A stretch of DNA of 64,000 nt from Eutreptiella sp. 'Long Island Sound 2002' (lineage: Eukaryota; Protista; Euglenida), in the NCBI GenBank assembly GCA_964036045.1, contig OZ038378.1, positions 179,614,001 to 179,678,000 on the forward strand, in the 5' to 3' direction. The notes beneath the pieces were generated by a model. The model searched no databases, was not told where the DNA came from, and worked only from the letters and a program-made list of their open reading frames with translations. The stretch's first letter is position 1. The number at the start of each line of letters is the position of its first letter. Below, in pieces: positions 23,285 through 35,394 of this stretch. Position numbers and translations under genes: made by a program.

Positions 23285-24047
23285 ATGGCCTCGTCTGCCC
23301 AGTGTCTGCCTCCGCCCGCGGATGCTCAGGAGCCGTCCCCGTACGTCAGGCCCGCTCCGAACAGTGCGCCTCCCGCCGCATCGGATGCCGCCCCGTCCGG
23401 CTTCCGCAAGCGCTCCCGGGCGGCCCGCTACAGGCGGGCTGTGAACAACGCGGGGAAGTGGTGGGAGTGCAGAGCGGCCGCCCTCTCCCCCATGGCCCTG
23501 CGGTACGCCCTGTACGGGCGCACGGAGGCTTGGTTGGGCGTGTCGGTGTCGCTCCCAGTCACGGAGGAGCAGGTCCCGGAGGCCGACCGCCACTTCCACG
23601 CCCGCCTCCTCCGCGCCCTCTGCCCCGTGTGGCCGACCGCGAGCGTCGAGCACGCCCGCGACAAGAAGGGCGCCCACCTCGGCCGCCGCCAGTTATGGCT
23701 GCCCCCCGGCGGTCGAGCCGACCGCTCCACCCGCATCACCATCTCCCCCACCATGTTTCACACGGCCCACCAGCGGTTCACCCTCTCAGCTGGTGCAGAA
23801 TGCCCTGTGGCCGCCTTAGGGCCTTGGCAGCGACGCCCCTGAGCAACCCGGCACCCGAGCGCCCGGCTCAGCGCGTGGCGCGGCACCTGCCCGCTGGCCG
23901 CTGCCCGAGAGGCCCCCTGTGCCGCCCTCCTATGAGGAGCTCTTTCCCGAGTACATGCCGCCGGATCGGGCGCCGCCGTACCACCTTCCCCGACTGGTGA
24001 GGGGTCTGCTGCTCCAAGTGCTTCGCTCTGGCTGCTAACCTGCCCCC
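23285..24047 (+). pseudogene. GC-rich decayed ORF, possibly a retroelement ORF1/gag
   Basis: Strong GC3 bias at about 23400-23700 (RYALYGRTEAWLGVSVSLPVTEEQVPEADRHFHARLLRAL). Frameshift near 23760 and TAG at 23817-23819, then PPVPPSYEELFPEYMPPDRAPPY. The family is not identified. Confidence 0.4.
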
Positions 24048-25890
24048 CTGCTCGTAGAATGAGGGGCTCCGGCGGTGTGGCCCGCGGTCTGTACAATACT
24101 CTCCCTCTCTGCTTGCTATACCGGTGTCCTCTGGGTGCCGCGGAGCCTGCGAGTGGCTCCGGTGGCCTCTTGCTGATTGGCGCCGTGGCCCGGTGACCCA
24201 TGCACAAGGGGCACGTGTGTGGGCAGCGCTTGCTGACTGTCCCAAGCCAGTTGGTGGCTCTTGGAGCCTTGCTGCTGGCAGGTGGGAATTTCCCGCCCCG
24301 AGTGGGATGCTGCCGCGGATAGGAGTGGCTAACAATGCGCCTGACCGCGCGGGCCCCGGCGAGACCACAGGCCGGCCGGCGACTTGCATTTGTACAGTAC
24401 CCTCTCTCCATGTCTGCCTGCCTCGTGTTCCCGGAGTGTGCAGTGCGTGCGTCCAGGCAATCCCCCCCCGTGCAGCTGCCCCCCCAGCCCCCCCCCCCCC
24501 CCAGTAGAAGTGGGCCGAACTCTGAAGCGGTTGTTTTCTTGTGCGTTGCTGAGCGGGAGGTTGGTTTGGCCTCAAGGTTCTTGGGTTGAGTCGGTCTCAC
24601 ACTGTGAGCATGTGAGCAGGTGAGCAGGGATCGCGTCCGCATTGCGTGCGGGTAGCCGGGGCTCTTTTGGTGAGCTGAGTGCACCTGTTTCTGTTGCTTA
24701 TTGTTGCCGGTCATGCCGTTTTTGGAGACGCTATGTTGAAGCAGTTGTTTTCTTGTGCCTTTGCAAACACTTGAGCAACCGGGGACAGTGACAGCGGGGA
24801 TAATAGGGGGATCAACAGACCGTGAAGTGTATGACTAGATTCTTGATAGCTATCAATCAAGTGGTGGAGGTGGCCCCTTGAGGGGCTTCCACACATGGGA
24901 TGCAGTAGACAGTGTCTACAGCACCAAGACCCCAAGCAGGGTGTAATGGAGCAGGGAATCACAGTTTGTGAGGTGCAGATGTTGAGGGCCGGATAGCTGA
25001 GGTGGGACAAACCCTATCCCTGAGCTGACCTCAACCCGGCTATGCCACATTTGATGGCCACTAATGACTGGCGAAGTCAAGGCAACAATCGGTGCTAGTT
25101 GAAGTTGAAGTGAGAGTGAGTAGGGCACAAGGTCTACACCATGTTGGTTGTTGCAAAACCTGACATCATGGCCCCCCACCTCACAAGGGCCATCTGCGTT
25201 GGTGCCCAAGGCACCACGTATTTGGTAATGCGGGTGCTGTTTGGGTGGCACAGGTACCTAGCCTAGTGTAGCAACTTATTGGGACCATCATCCCCCCCCG
25301 CCATTGTCATTGTATCGTACTTGGATGGGGCGGTGCACCTCAGAGGTAGAATGCATGATGGATGTGGTGGCGGCGGAGCTCATTGCCGCGGGTTACCTAC
25401 TTAGCAATGAGTTTGTGCTCGCGGCCTTGGACTGCGTGGCATGGATGGGCGAGGATGTTGACGCTTGATCTGCATGGGTGGCGCCAAAGCCCAACGCCAT
25501 CGATGACTGCATGGTCAGGTATGTCAAGTTGGCCGTGCGCTCGCTTTCCTCACAGCTTGTCTGACGTTTGGCCATAGCTGCAAGCAGCAGGTGCTCAATC
25601 CTAGTGCACAAAAAGCAGCTACGATATTTCTTGGATAGTCTAGCCACTTAAGGCGGCCCATTAGCTAGTAGAGCCGCTTGCGCGTGGACAATGAAGCAGT
25701 GAGACAGTACTATCCCCAAGGCCATTCGTCTGCCCCATGTCTCCGCTACTACTTGTCTGCTATCCTGTTGCACAGTGCCATGGCTGATCCTTTCTGCTGC
25801 AACTGATCCTGAGCTTATTGCTCGGGCACTATATATGATGCCTCTACCAAAAGTGACGTCCCTTGCCTGGAAGGCCCTCCAAATGCCTGA

Positions 25891-26622
25891 ATGTTCATGA
25901 GGCTGTATCGACGTAACCCCCACCTGCGGACCGCCACGCACTGCACAATTTCCACAAGCGCCATTGCCATTGTGCTGCTGTGGATTCTCCGGACGGACGT
26001 TCGACCCTCAGTGTCTGAATCTGCTGTGTCCGAACACCCCGACTCCCTTACCCTCACCTTACGCCCCATCCTTGAGCCAGGGCGGGGCCCCCACACGTCA
26101 CTGCATCACCCGGGCCCCACGCCTGACAACCCCGCGGGGAACAGCCCAACAGCATCGTCTCACACGACCTCCTCCTTGGCCCCACTGCGCCCCTGCACCA
26201 GCCCTGAGACACGGGCCTTGCCCTTCTGTGACTTGAATCTCACGGCCGCCGACCGCGTGGATGACCTGGTGCGGCGGCTGGCAGTCCCGGAAAAGGCCGC
26301 ACTGCTCAGCAACTACGCGCGCGCCGTGCCGCGGTTGGGGCTGCCAGCGTATGGCTGGTGGTCTGAGGCGCTGCACGGCGTGGCGGCCATGTGCGATCCC
26401 GACGCCTCTCGATGCCCCACATCCTTCCCCATCCCGACGGCACTGGGTGCCTCCTTTGATCTCCCTCTGATCTGGCGTGTCGCGGTCGCAATCTCCGACG
26501 AGGCACGTGCTTTGCACCACGCCGGTGCACGGTCCGCAAGCTGGGCCACGGGCCCTGTGGGTCTTAACTACTGGTCTCCCACATTGAACGTGCAACGGGA
26601 CCCTCGCTGGGGGCGCAATCAG
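25891..26622 (+). CDS. GH3 beta-xylosidase/arabinofuranosidase-like gene, exon 1
   Basis: Hydrophobic AIAIVLLWIL anchor, a S/T/P-rich linker, then LPFCD...RVDDLV, WWSEALHGV, TSFP, GLNYWSPTLNVQRDPRWGRNQ. Donor CAG|gtacga at 26623. The start codon choice is the least certain part. Confidence 0.9.
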
Positions 26623-29246
26623 GTACGAGTACCCCCGCCCCTCCCCGAGCCCCCCCCCCCCCCATTCATCCACTTTGTTTTTCATGTTTGTTACTGCAAC
26701 GGATTGCCTGGCAAACAATTTAAGTCCAGAGATGGTCCGTTCACTGCAGTCTGGTCATTGACTGAGGTGTCACTGGTACTTCAGAGTAGGTGAATGATCC
26801 CCCCCCCCCCAGCCATGGACTCCAAGGACATCTTCCTGGGTCCACAAGAAGCAGCAGTGGGAGGCAGAAAGGCTTTGTGTGGCCATCAGGGCCTGTTTCT
26901 ATCTTTGATCCGCGGAGTGAGCTGCTGAATGCTCTTAACGCTTTTTATTTGCTTCGCACTGCCAGTCCTACAGGTTTCCCAGGCATTGAATTGACCGATG
27001 CACTTGCAGAAATGGTTACCCGCAATCAAGTGAGTATGCCACCCGCATCCTCCAGCAAAAGGGTTGTCCCAGTACTCCTCCAAGTATGGAATGGGCCTTG
27101 AGGTGGTGTGTGTTTCATCCAAAACAGATATTGAAACAACTTTTCCTTGAGAAGGAATGGCTGCATACCCCCTGCCGCATTGGGGCTGGGCCAAATGACA
27201 TAGTGGTTACATTTTCGCGACTGCATTGAGGCTAGCTTTATTAAGCCGGGAAGTGGCTATGTCTCCTCTGCCACATTGGGGCCCACCAAAGGGGGGGGGG
27301 ATCAATGCAACACAACACACCACACCACACCACAACCTTTCCTGTAGATTTCGCCAAATAGCTGCACTGCGGGCGCACCGCGCACGCGTTGTGAGGTGAT
27401 CCTTGCTACAAAGGCTAGTGGGGGGGCATTGCTTGCGCTGATCCCCATTGAGAAGAGGATTTAAGCTTTTTTCCCATTTTCAAGGGGAAGAGATGGTTTA
27501 TGAGGGTAAGAGGGAAAGGTAGGTTGGTGATCTAGGTTAATATGGTTGGGCTCACAAATTTGAGAAGCACACTGGAGTGGAGGGCAAACCTCCTATTTAG
27601 TCGGCAGGTGAACCTATAACAACACAGCTAGCCTCTAAACTTCTCTTTGTAGCATGCCTTGTTCATTGTCATCAGCTTACCATGCTGGCACCGACCTCCT
27701 CTGTGGTGGAGTCACCAAGTACACCAGTCGAGGTTGCAGCCGCAGTCATGGCACCTTCCTCTGTGGGAGGTGGGGGAACCGTCATTTGGCTCCCACTCCC
27801 CTGGGAACCCTCCCACGGCCTGCACCCTCGCTTTGTGGCGGCTGAAATTTGGGCCAACTGAGAAGCAGCACCAGCAAGAGCCAAGCGACACGATAGCATC
27901 AAACAAAACTATTAAAAGAGGGGTGTAAGAGTGGCAAGCCGCAAGGAGGACACCAATGATCGGCAGCGACACAAAGGCACTGACACACACCATGCACAGC
28001 AAGCATGACAGCATACACTACAACAAAAAATGTAGACAATACACTGCGCACACTCATACAATGGAGAGGCAGGTGTCCACAGGGTGCTGGGAGACACTAA
28101 GCCTCCCCAAATTTGGTGTGCAAGGAGAGGCCAGAGAAGCGAAGGGCGGGGGGGGGATGCCAAAGGGAGGATCGACAAAGCCACTGCTACACCTTCGGTC
28201 ACATACCTCTAAGTACTTTCATCCCTGGGTCTTGCACCAATTTACAATACATGACACATTGATTGATGTTGTGTGGGCAAAGAAGGCTCACGGAGCATAA
28301 GGCACATGTTTTGATGCAAGATTTATACTTATTATATTACATATACTTCACACCAAATATTTCAAAGGAAAAATTGTTGCCACAAGGGCCAATTGCGGCT
28401 CGAGAAATTGGTCAGTATGGTTCTACTAGTCTCGTGTGCTAGTATCATACTGCTTCTAGCATAGTAATGCCGGTATTAGTGTGGTGTTATTGGCCGCGTG
28501 GTACTGGTATGGTGCACTAGTATTGTGGCATTGGTACTAGTTTAGTGGAATCAATATTGGTATGGTGGTACCGGCACAACTATGGCAGTACTACTTTGGC
28601 ATCATTGTGGCATGGTGACCGAATGTTGATTGAAAAGGGTGGTGTTAGTGGAGTAGGGTGGGCGCATTACCGGTAGGGGGAACATGCTGACCTGTTCCGC
28701 AAGCAAATCTGGTTTGGTTGCGGGGCACCTACCGCGCTTGGGCTCTTGTTTCTTTGTTCCTCCGTCTATTTGTTGCACCTTGCATGGTTATTCAAGCGCT
28801 CTGCTCCATACAATCCCCCCCCCCCCCCACCACCAGGTTTCCTGGGGGGCTCCACCTTTTGGGTGCTGTGGCCCTCAGAGGCCTGTGCCCTAGTTTTGCC
28901 CAACCTACGACTCGGCCTATGCTGGTGGTGGCCGCCTCGTATGATACTACTTCCCAAGTATCCATTGGTCTTGCCTCCACTTTGTGCACATTGACAACTT
29001 TGGTCTACGTTTTCACACTCGCCTTGCACCTCTCCTCGGTTCCTGGTCCTTGAGGCTACTGTACTTTCCGCCTTGGTACCTGCCTTCAAGCCCTCCCCTT
29101 GGGTGCCCATCCTTGGCTCCGTTGATCGTGCCCCGGTGGCTCTAGTCAGTTGGTCAAATGGATGTGCCTTTGTACATTGAACCAGGACCACAGTCAGTTT
29201 TTTGTGGGGAGTGATGGTGTCAATAAATCAATGTGCACCCCAAGGT

Positions 29247-29730
29247 CCCCCCCCCTTGTCGTTCCCCACCCCTTGTCGTTCCCCGGGGGGGGGGGGGGGT
29301 TGGGGGACCGTCACTTGGTCAACCCAAATTTTTCGTTGTGGCTCATTGTGTTGTTGTGTGGGTGACTGTGTTGTGGGGCACTGCCACTTGTATTCCTTGC
29401 TCTCATGGCAGGACATTTTGCTCACTTTCGCTGAAATGGAACTTGATAGCACAACCATGTTTCCCCCTGGGACAAGTGTGATGTTCATCCGCTCCACGGG
29501 GGAACCTGTTTTGGCGTAGGTCGTTGGACATTCGGAGCATGGTGATGCATATCGCTGCATCACTTATGACCATGATGGCAAGACCGTCTTGCTCGACCGC
29601 GCGTCTGTTCGGTGCCTCTCACTGTCACGTGCTCCCTCTCCGCCCCGCGTGTACGGTGTCACTTGGTGACCGTCCCCCAGGGGGTGGTGGGGGACCGTCT
29701 TCCCTGGGTTGGGGAACGACAAGGGGGGGG
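29247..29730. mobile_element. MITE inside GH3 intron 1
   Basis: TIR ccccccccttgtcgttcccca / tggggaacgacaagggggggg, with internal gaccgtcacttgg family motifs. Confidence 0.75.
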
Positions 29731-30825
29731 TTACCATTTTTGTGGACAAGTACCCGGAATGGCTGTTGAATAGTCGTCCTTATCGTAGGTTTGAGGATTT
29801 TTTGGTCGGAAGAGAAATATTTATGGCATGTGGTGTGCCATGCAGCGCAAGAAAATGCTCCCCAGTGCCTTTACATTCCATTATGTACTTTTGCAAAGAA
29901 TGAGTTTGCCTCTGGAGCTTGCGCAGCAATACCCACAGCACTGTTGCGCAGCAGAAGCATCAAAGCAAGCCAGCTGACTAATACAGAGATGTAATTGCGG
30001 CCCATGGAAGTGTCGAAGCAAGCCTCAACGTCACACACAGAGATGTAATGATTGCCCTTGTCTTCGATGCACTGTAAGTAGAGGGTATTCATGCATTCAA
30101 TAACATGCAGATTCACTATTGTGATTATGGAACCAACCCTTTTGGAGTGCACTGTGTTTTTGTGCTACTTGCACGTGCAAAACCTCAATTTATGGTGCAA
30201 GGATCACCCACAATACCCAAAGCAAGGCTTCTTTTGTGCTCCATTTTGTATGGTCTTTTGGCCTCAGGAATGCAGGGAATAGCAGTGACTGCACAAATGG
30301 ATTCCTCAGAGGCTGCTGTGCAGGGACATTTGGAAGGGGGTCAATTTAGAGGCTTTCGCGGACAGTACATCTGAAGCTCAGCACACAGTGCAAGGTTTGC
30401 AGCTTAGTGTGCATGTGATGCCCTTTCTTTGTCTTTGGTAAGTGCAACATTCTGGCACCTCCTATCCCTTAGTCCCCTGGGGCAGGGCTTGGCCAAGGTG
30501 CACTGGGCGTACATTTTGATTCGTATGGATTTGTGGTCTGGCTCCACTTCGTTGACAAGTGTATGGATGCATTGAGAAGCCAGGGTTTGGAGTTGCACTT
30601 TGCAGGCCAGGCAAGGCGCAAATACGTGCGCTGCTGCTGGCACTTTGTGGAACACGTCATCAGCCCGACAGGCAAAGCTCACTTCGAGCCACGCGCGCAC
30701 TTTCAGGCCCTGTCTTGGGGACAGTTGGCGGGTTGGAATGCCTTGGACAACAGGAACGCAGGTGCCTCCTTTCTGCTCCCTCTTCCCACTCTGTATACCT
30801 CTGTGTACCTCGTGCCTATGTGCAG

Positions 30826-31135
30826 GAATCGCCAGGAGAGGACCCGTACCTTGTGGGGCAATACGCGGAGCAGTTTGTACGCGGGCTGCAGGAGGGCCCG
30901 GACCCACGATACATCAAAGTGATTGCGACCTGCAAACATTTGGTGGCGTACTCTGTAGAGGACACGCCGCCGGACCGCCATCACTTCGATGCTGTCGTGA
31001 CGGTGCAGGACCTTATGGACACGTACCTGCCGGCCTTCCACGCCTGTGCAGTCCGTGCAGGCGCAAAGGCTGTGATGTGCTCCTACAACAAACTGAATGG
31101 CATCCCGGCCTGTGCCCATGAGGGGCTGCTGACAG
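30826..31135 (+). CDS. GH3 gene, exon 2
   Basis: Acceptor gtgcag|. ESPGEDPY...CKHLVAYS...DTYLPAFHAC...VMCSYNKLNGIPACA. Joins exon 1 in phase 0 (RNQ|ESPGEDP). Donor at 31136. Confidence 0.95.
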
Positions 31136-32243
31136 GTGTGCCAGTTCATCAGGACTGGTCATGCAGGAGGGAGGGGTGGGTGTGCGGAGGGCATGGGCAT
31201 CCCACCCCAGATTGCCTGCAGTGGGGGACGTGCATCGCAATCTCGGGGCCAAAATACGGGCCGCAAGGTGTCAACCAGGCCTCAAGGGTGCTAAAAGGTA
31301 AGGTAAAAAAAAGGCAAGAAATGTTCCTTCATCTTTGGCAATGGTTTCCTTGTGTATGGCCCCCTCCTCAAACATCCTAGGCACCCAAGACGGTTTAAAA
31401 GATGGTATTGTTTGGTAATTGTTAACAGATTCTGAGACGTGTGTCCGCCACTTGCAGCACCGTCCGCGGACTTTCTTTCTCGAATTTTATGGGATTGTAC
31501 TTCAAAATCCAAGGTATCATCCACCAAAAATTTCGGAAACCGGCCTACCATGTCGGAGTTCACATTTTTTGCAATTTTGCAGCTGCTTGCTGCTTGCTGC
31601 TGGCTCCACTCTGCACCCTAAAAGGGGTTATAGAGTCTTGCTCATCCCACAACCTTGGTTGGCCTAACCTTCGACCTTTGCAGGACTGCTATCGAATGTG
31701 TAAATGCAGCTGTGAACAGCTACCTGTGTCCTTGTCACCTGACATATGCAAAGCCATTGGCCTGCACATCAAGTGCAACTGTTGGTGTGGCATCCCGTGA
31801 CGTACCGTGCCGCTGACAAGGAGGGGAGAGACTACAAGAGGCTAAATTTGTCTGTGATCGAGAGCCCATCCCATGCAGCCAGTGCCCTTGGATAGATTTT
31901 GGTTCAACTTTTGCCTCTCCTCCCATCTTACTGTGTGTGACCCCCCCCCCCCCCCGGGCCCCTCTACGAGCATGAGCTCACCAAACGCTCAGCGGAAAAT
32001 TGGCGCAAAGGACAGAAAGCGATGACAGTCGCGGGGCAGGCGCGGCCAGAGCCTAATGCGGACACTGCAACCTGACCATATTGAGGCCGCCCCTGTACAA
32101 GCCCCCGACTACTGTGCCGGGTGTGAGCAGAGGGTTCCAAGGTGACCCACAATGACCTGGGCAGTGCCCAGCCGACATCTCCCAAAGGTTTGCTGCAGTT
32201 GAATTGTGGGCCCTTCTGCTGGCAACTGGTGTCCTGTACTCAG

Positions 32244-32905
32244 GAATGCTGCGGCAGAAATGGGGCTGGCACGGGGCGGTGGTAAGCGACTGTGGAGCAG
32301 TGGAGCAGACCATGCACACGCACCGCTTCACAACCAACGAGCCCGAGACGGCCGCTGCAGTGCTGCGGGCTGGCACAGACCTTCTGTGTGGCCTGGCCCC
32401 AGAAGCCGCGCACCAGGACTCGGTCTTCGAGCGGCATCTGCCGCGCGCCGCCGCCGCACACGTCAGGGGGCTCAACGTTTCGCATTTGGACGCAGCAGTG
32501 CGACGGCTGTACTACGGTCTATTTATGGTGGGGCACTTTGATCCCATTGACCGGCAGCCCTACGCTCGCATCCCGCTGAGGACTGTGGACTCTCCTAAGC
32601 ACCGGGCCCTCGCCCTCACCGCTGCGCGCAAGGCCATGGTCCTGCTGCGAAACGAGGGCCGCACGCTCCCCTTCCCCCGCGGCCGCCGCATGGCGGTGCT
32701 GGGCCCACACGCCCTCTCCGACGTGCAGCTTCTGGGTAACTACTTCGGCGTGCGATGTCCTGGCGCTCCGCCGCGGCGCCCGGGGGTGTGGCCCCCAGAC
32801 GCGGACTGGGGCTGCATGGTCAGCCCTTTGCAGGCCATCCGCCTGCACAACCCCCACGCCAACGTCACGCACATCCCCGGCGCCAGCCCGCAAGAAGCCG
32901 CGCAG
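32244..32905 (+). CDS. GH3 gene, exon 3
   Basis: Acceptor tactcag|. Phase-1 junction gives LLTG|MLRQKWGWHGAVVSDCGAV, containing the catalytic nucleophile Asp. Also MVLLRNEGRTLPF and LLGNYFG. Donor CAG|gtggga at 32906. Confidence 0.93.
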
Positions 32906-33322
32906 GTGGGACGAGTTTTTGTGGTGGTCCGTGGGTTCACGCGGGGTCACTACACACAAACACCGTTGTACCACATCACACCGCAACACACCACACCACT
33001 ACACCACACCACATTATACCACGCCACACCCCACCACACCCCACCACACTCGGTAGCACTATCAGGCAGAGCGACAGGGCGTCCCAAGGCATACCTGGAC
33101 AGCCGCCGCCCAGCGCCAAAGAGGGTGACGGCCCTCTGCCACAGGTGCACAACACACTACACACAGCGCGCGTTTAGACAAAAAGCCCTCCCGTTTTGCA
33201 TTACCCCTGTAGCATCCCGGCCATTGCCATTTGGTAACAGCGCCTTCGGCACACCCCACCACACCGCACCACACTGCACCGCACGGCACAACGCGCAGCA
33301 CGTACCTCTTATCGCTTCTCAG

Positions 33323-34174
33323 TTGGCATCCGAGGTCCAGCAGGCGGTGCTCCTCTTGGGTTTAGACCAGAATCTGGAGAGCGAGGGCCACGACCGCCGG
33401 GTGTTGACACTCCCCCGCGCCCAAATTGACCTCGCGCTTGCAGTTCTGCGCGTCGGGACGCCCACGGCCATCGTCTTACTGAACGGGGGCGCAGTTTCGA
33501 TACCCGAATTGTCAGATGCGCCCGCGATCCTGGAGGCGTGGTATGGGGGCCAGGCAGCAGGGTTGGCGATTGCAGAGACCCTTTTCGGCCTCAACGTGCC
33601 TGGCGGGAAGCTGCCGGTCACGGTTTACCCCCCCAACTACGTGCGCCAGGTCCGCTTCCACGACATGCGCATCGCCCCGGGGTCAGGACCGGGCCGGACA
33701 TATCGCTTCTACAGGGGCCCGGCTCTGTTCCCGTTCGGGCACGGCCTCTCCTACACCACCTTTCGCCTCCGGCTGCGGCACCCAACCGCTGGTCCCGTCG
33801 CCGTTTCCAACCCCGAAGAACCACTCACGGTCACGGTCGCAGTTGCAAACACGGGCCCTGTTACGGGAGACGAGGTGGTCATGGTCTTTTGGGAGAAGGT
33901 CGCAGTGCTGCACCCAGCGGCTGGGGGCGTGCAGTGGCCGGTGCAGCAGCTGATGGCCTTCGCACGAGTCACTGTGGCGCCGGGTGCTGAGCAGGAGGTG
34001 CAGCTGCAGGTGCTGCTGGCGGAGCTGGCGGTGACCAACCGCAGCGGGACCAAACAAGTGCTGCCAGGGCTGTACCGCATGCTTTTGGGGCGGGGCAATG
34101 TAATTGCGGAGCGGATCATACTCAACATTACCGGGGGGCCCCTCGTGGTCATGCGCCATGTCCTGCAGCCTTAG
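33323..34174 (+). CDS. GH3 gene, exon 4 (sandwich domain and Fn3-like domain)
   Basis: Acceptor cttctcag|. AVLLLGLDQNLESEGHDR, ILEAWYGGQAAG, PGGKLPVT, GRTYRFY, FPFGHGLSYTTF, V.NTG...GDEVV. Stop TAG 34172-34174. Spliced CDS is 2556 nt, 851 aa. Confidence 0.93.
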   Translation: MASEVQQAVLLLGLDQNLESEGHDRRVLTLPRAQIDLALAVLRVGTPTAIVLLNGGAVSIPELSDAPAILEAWYGGQAAGLAIAETLFGLNVPGGKLPVTVYPPNYVRQVRFHDMRIAPGSGPGRTYRFYRGPALFPFGHGLSYTTFRLRLRHPTAGPVAVSNPEEPLTVTVAVANTGPVTGDEVVMVFWEKVAVLHPAAGGVQWPVQQLMAFARVTVAPGAEQEVQLQVLLAELAVTNRSGTKQVLPGLYRMLLGRGNVIAERIILNITGGPLVVMRHVLQP

Positions 34175-34248
34175 CCCCACCCATTCACCCCAAAATGGGC
34201 ATGAACTGCGGTTTCCCCGTTGTGTTGGTGCCACACCCAAACGGAGCA

Positions 34249-34515
34249 TAGATTGCGGGTGCATATCCCATGCAACCCCACGGTCATACCTGAACAAGAG
34301 TATGGATTGGGCACCGCATGGGGTCATACCGAAACAGACGATGGATTGTGGCTGCATATCCCCCTTCTTTAAGGCTGGCCCTGAGATGCCAAAGGATATG
34401 CAGCCACAATCCATGCTCATCTTACCTCTGACTCCCTGACAGCCGGGGATATGCAGTCACAATCCATGCTCATCTTGGGTTGGGCCCCAGCATGGATTGA
34501 CGCTGCATATCCGTA
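34249..34515. repeat. Five copies of a 21-bp motif in both orientations just downstream of the GH3 stop
   Basis: atggattgtggctgcatatcc (34341-34361) is the exact reverse complement of ggatatgcagccacaatccat (34394-34414). Variants at about 34249, 34448 and 34492. Confidence 0.85.
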
Positions 34516-35394
34516 GTCCTGAATCCGCAGTCCTAAATCTGATAGCACGTCGGCTGACAGACATCTGAAAGAACAGTGTCAAAAATCTGACAGTGGATTG
34601 CCCATCAGAAACCTGACAGAACACTGAGTACCAAAAATCTTACAGCACACCGCCTGTCAGATTCCAAACAAACGACAATGCACAATATTGGTCTGCGTCT
34701 GGTAGCTACATTTTGCCTTGGGGACAACACAGTGTGCTTGGCAGGACACATTGCTGAATTTCTTCAGTGCTCTGGAATGCGCCAGCACACCAACGCCCCC
34801 TGCTGGATGGTTGTCAATTTCACATGCTCAACTGGGGAGGGGAAGTGACAAGGTTTGACGATCTTTTGCAAAGTGGCAATGCATACCGATATATCACGGT
34901 TGGGTGAGACTGCGCAGCATGATTAAGCGCTAGTCAAGCGCATTGGACTACTTCGTGCGTACTCCCCAAGACTTTCGCTGTCACCAGCCATGAAATCTGG
35001 GGCATGCAATTTTGACGAACCCTGTCTTTGGAGGTGCTCTTTGTATTGCGTTTTTCGTGATGTTTGTGTCTCGCTTTCCTGCTGTTCCTCTGGGGATGGG
35101 GGCGAGGGAATGTTTGGCGGATGACCAGGGGTGGGACGGACGCAATGTAGCAATCGAACTCAGAAGAAAAGGCACATCATGACACGGAAGCTGGGCAGGC
35201 GCTAGTCTGTGTGCAGGGGATTTAGAATGTAGGGACAGCATGCTCCTTCCAATCAAAGGGTAAGTTGGTAAATTGCCCTCCGCAGTCAGCCACGGAACGC
35301 ATGCCCATCCACAGTCAACCAAGGCCTGCATAGAGGGAGCAACGTCATCCCTTGATGCACACCAACGTTCCCTAGCTCCTGGTCTTTGGTTGGG

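Noticed and set aside
33683-34420. 245-aa and other antisense ORFs over the GH3 and TPR exons
   Set aside because: Antisense shadows of GC3-rich coding sequence with no independent motifs.
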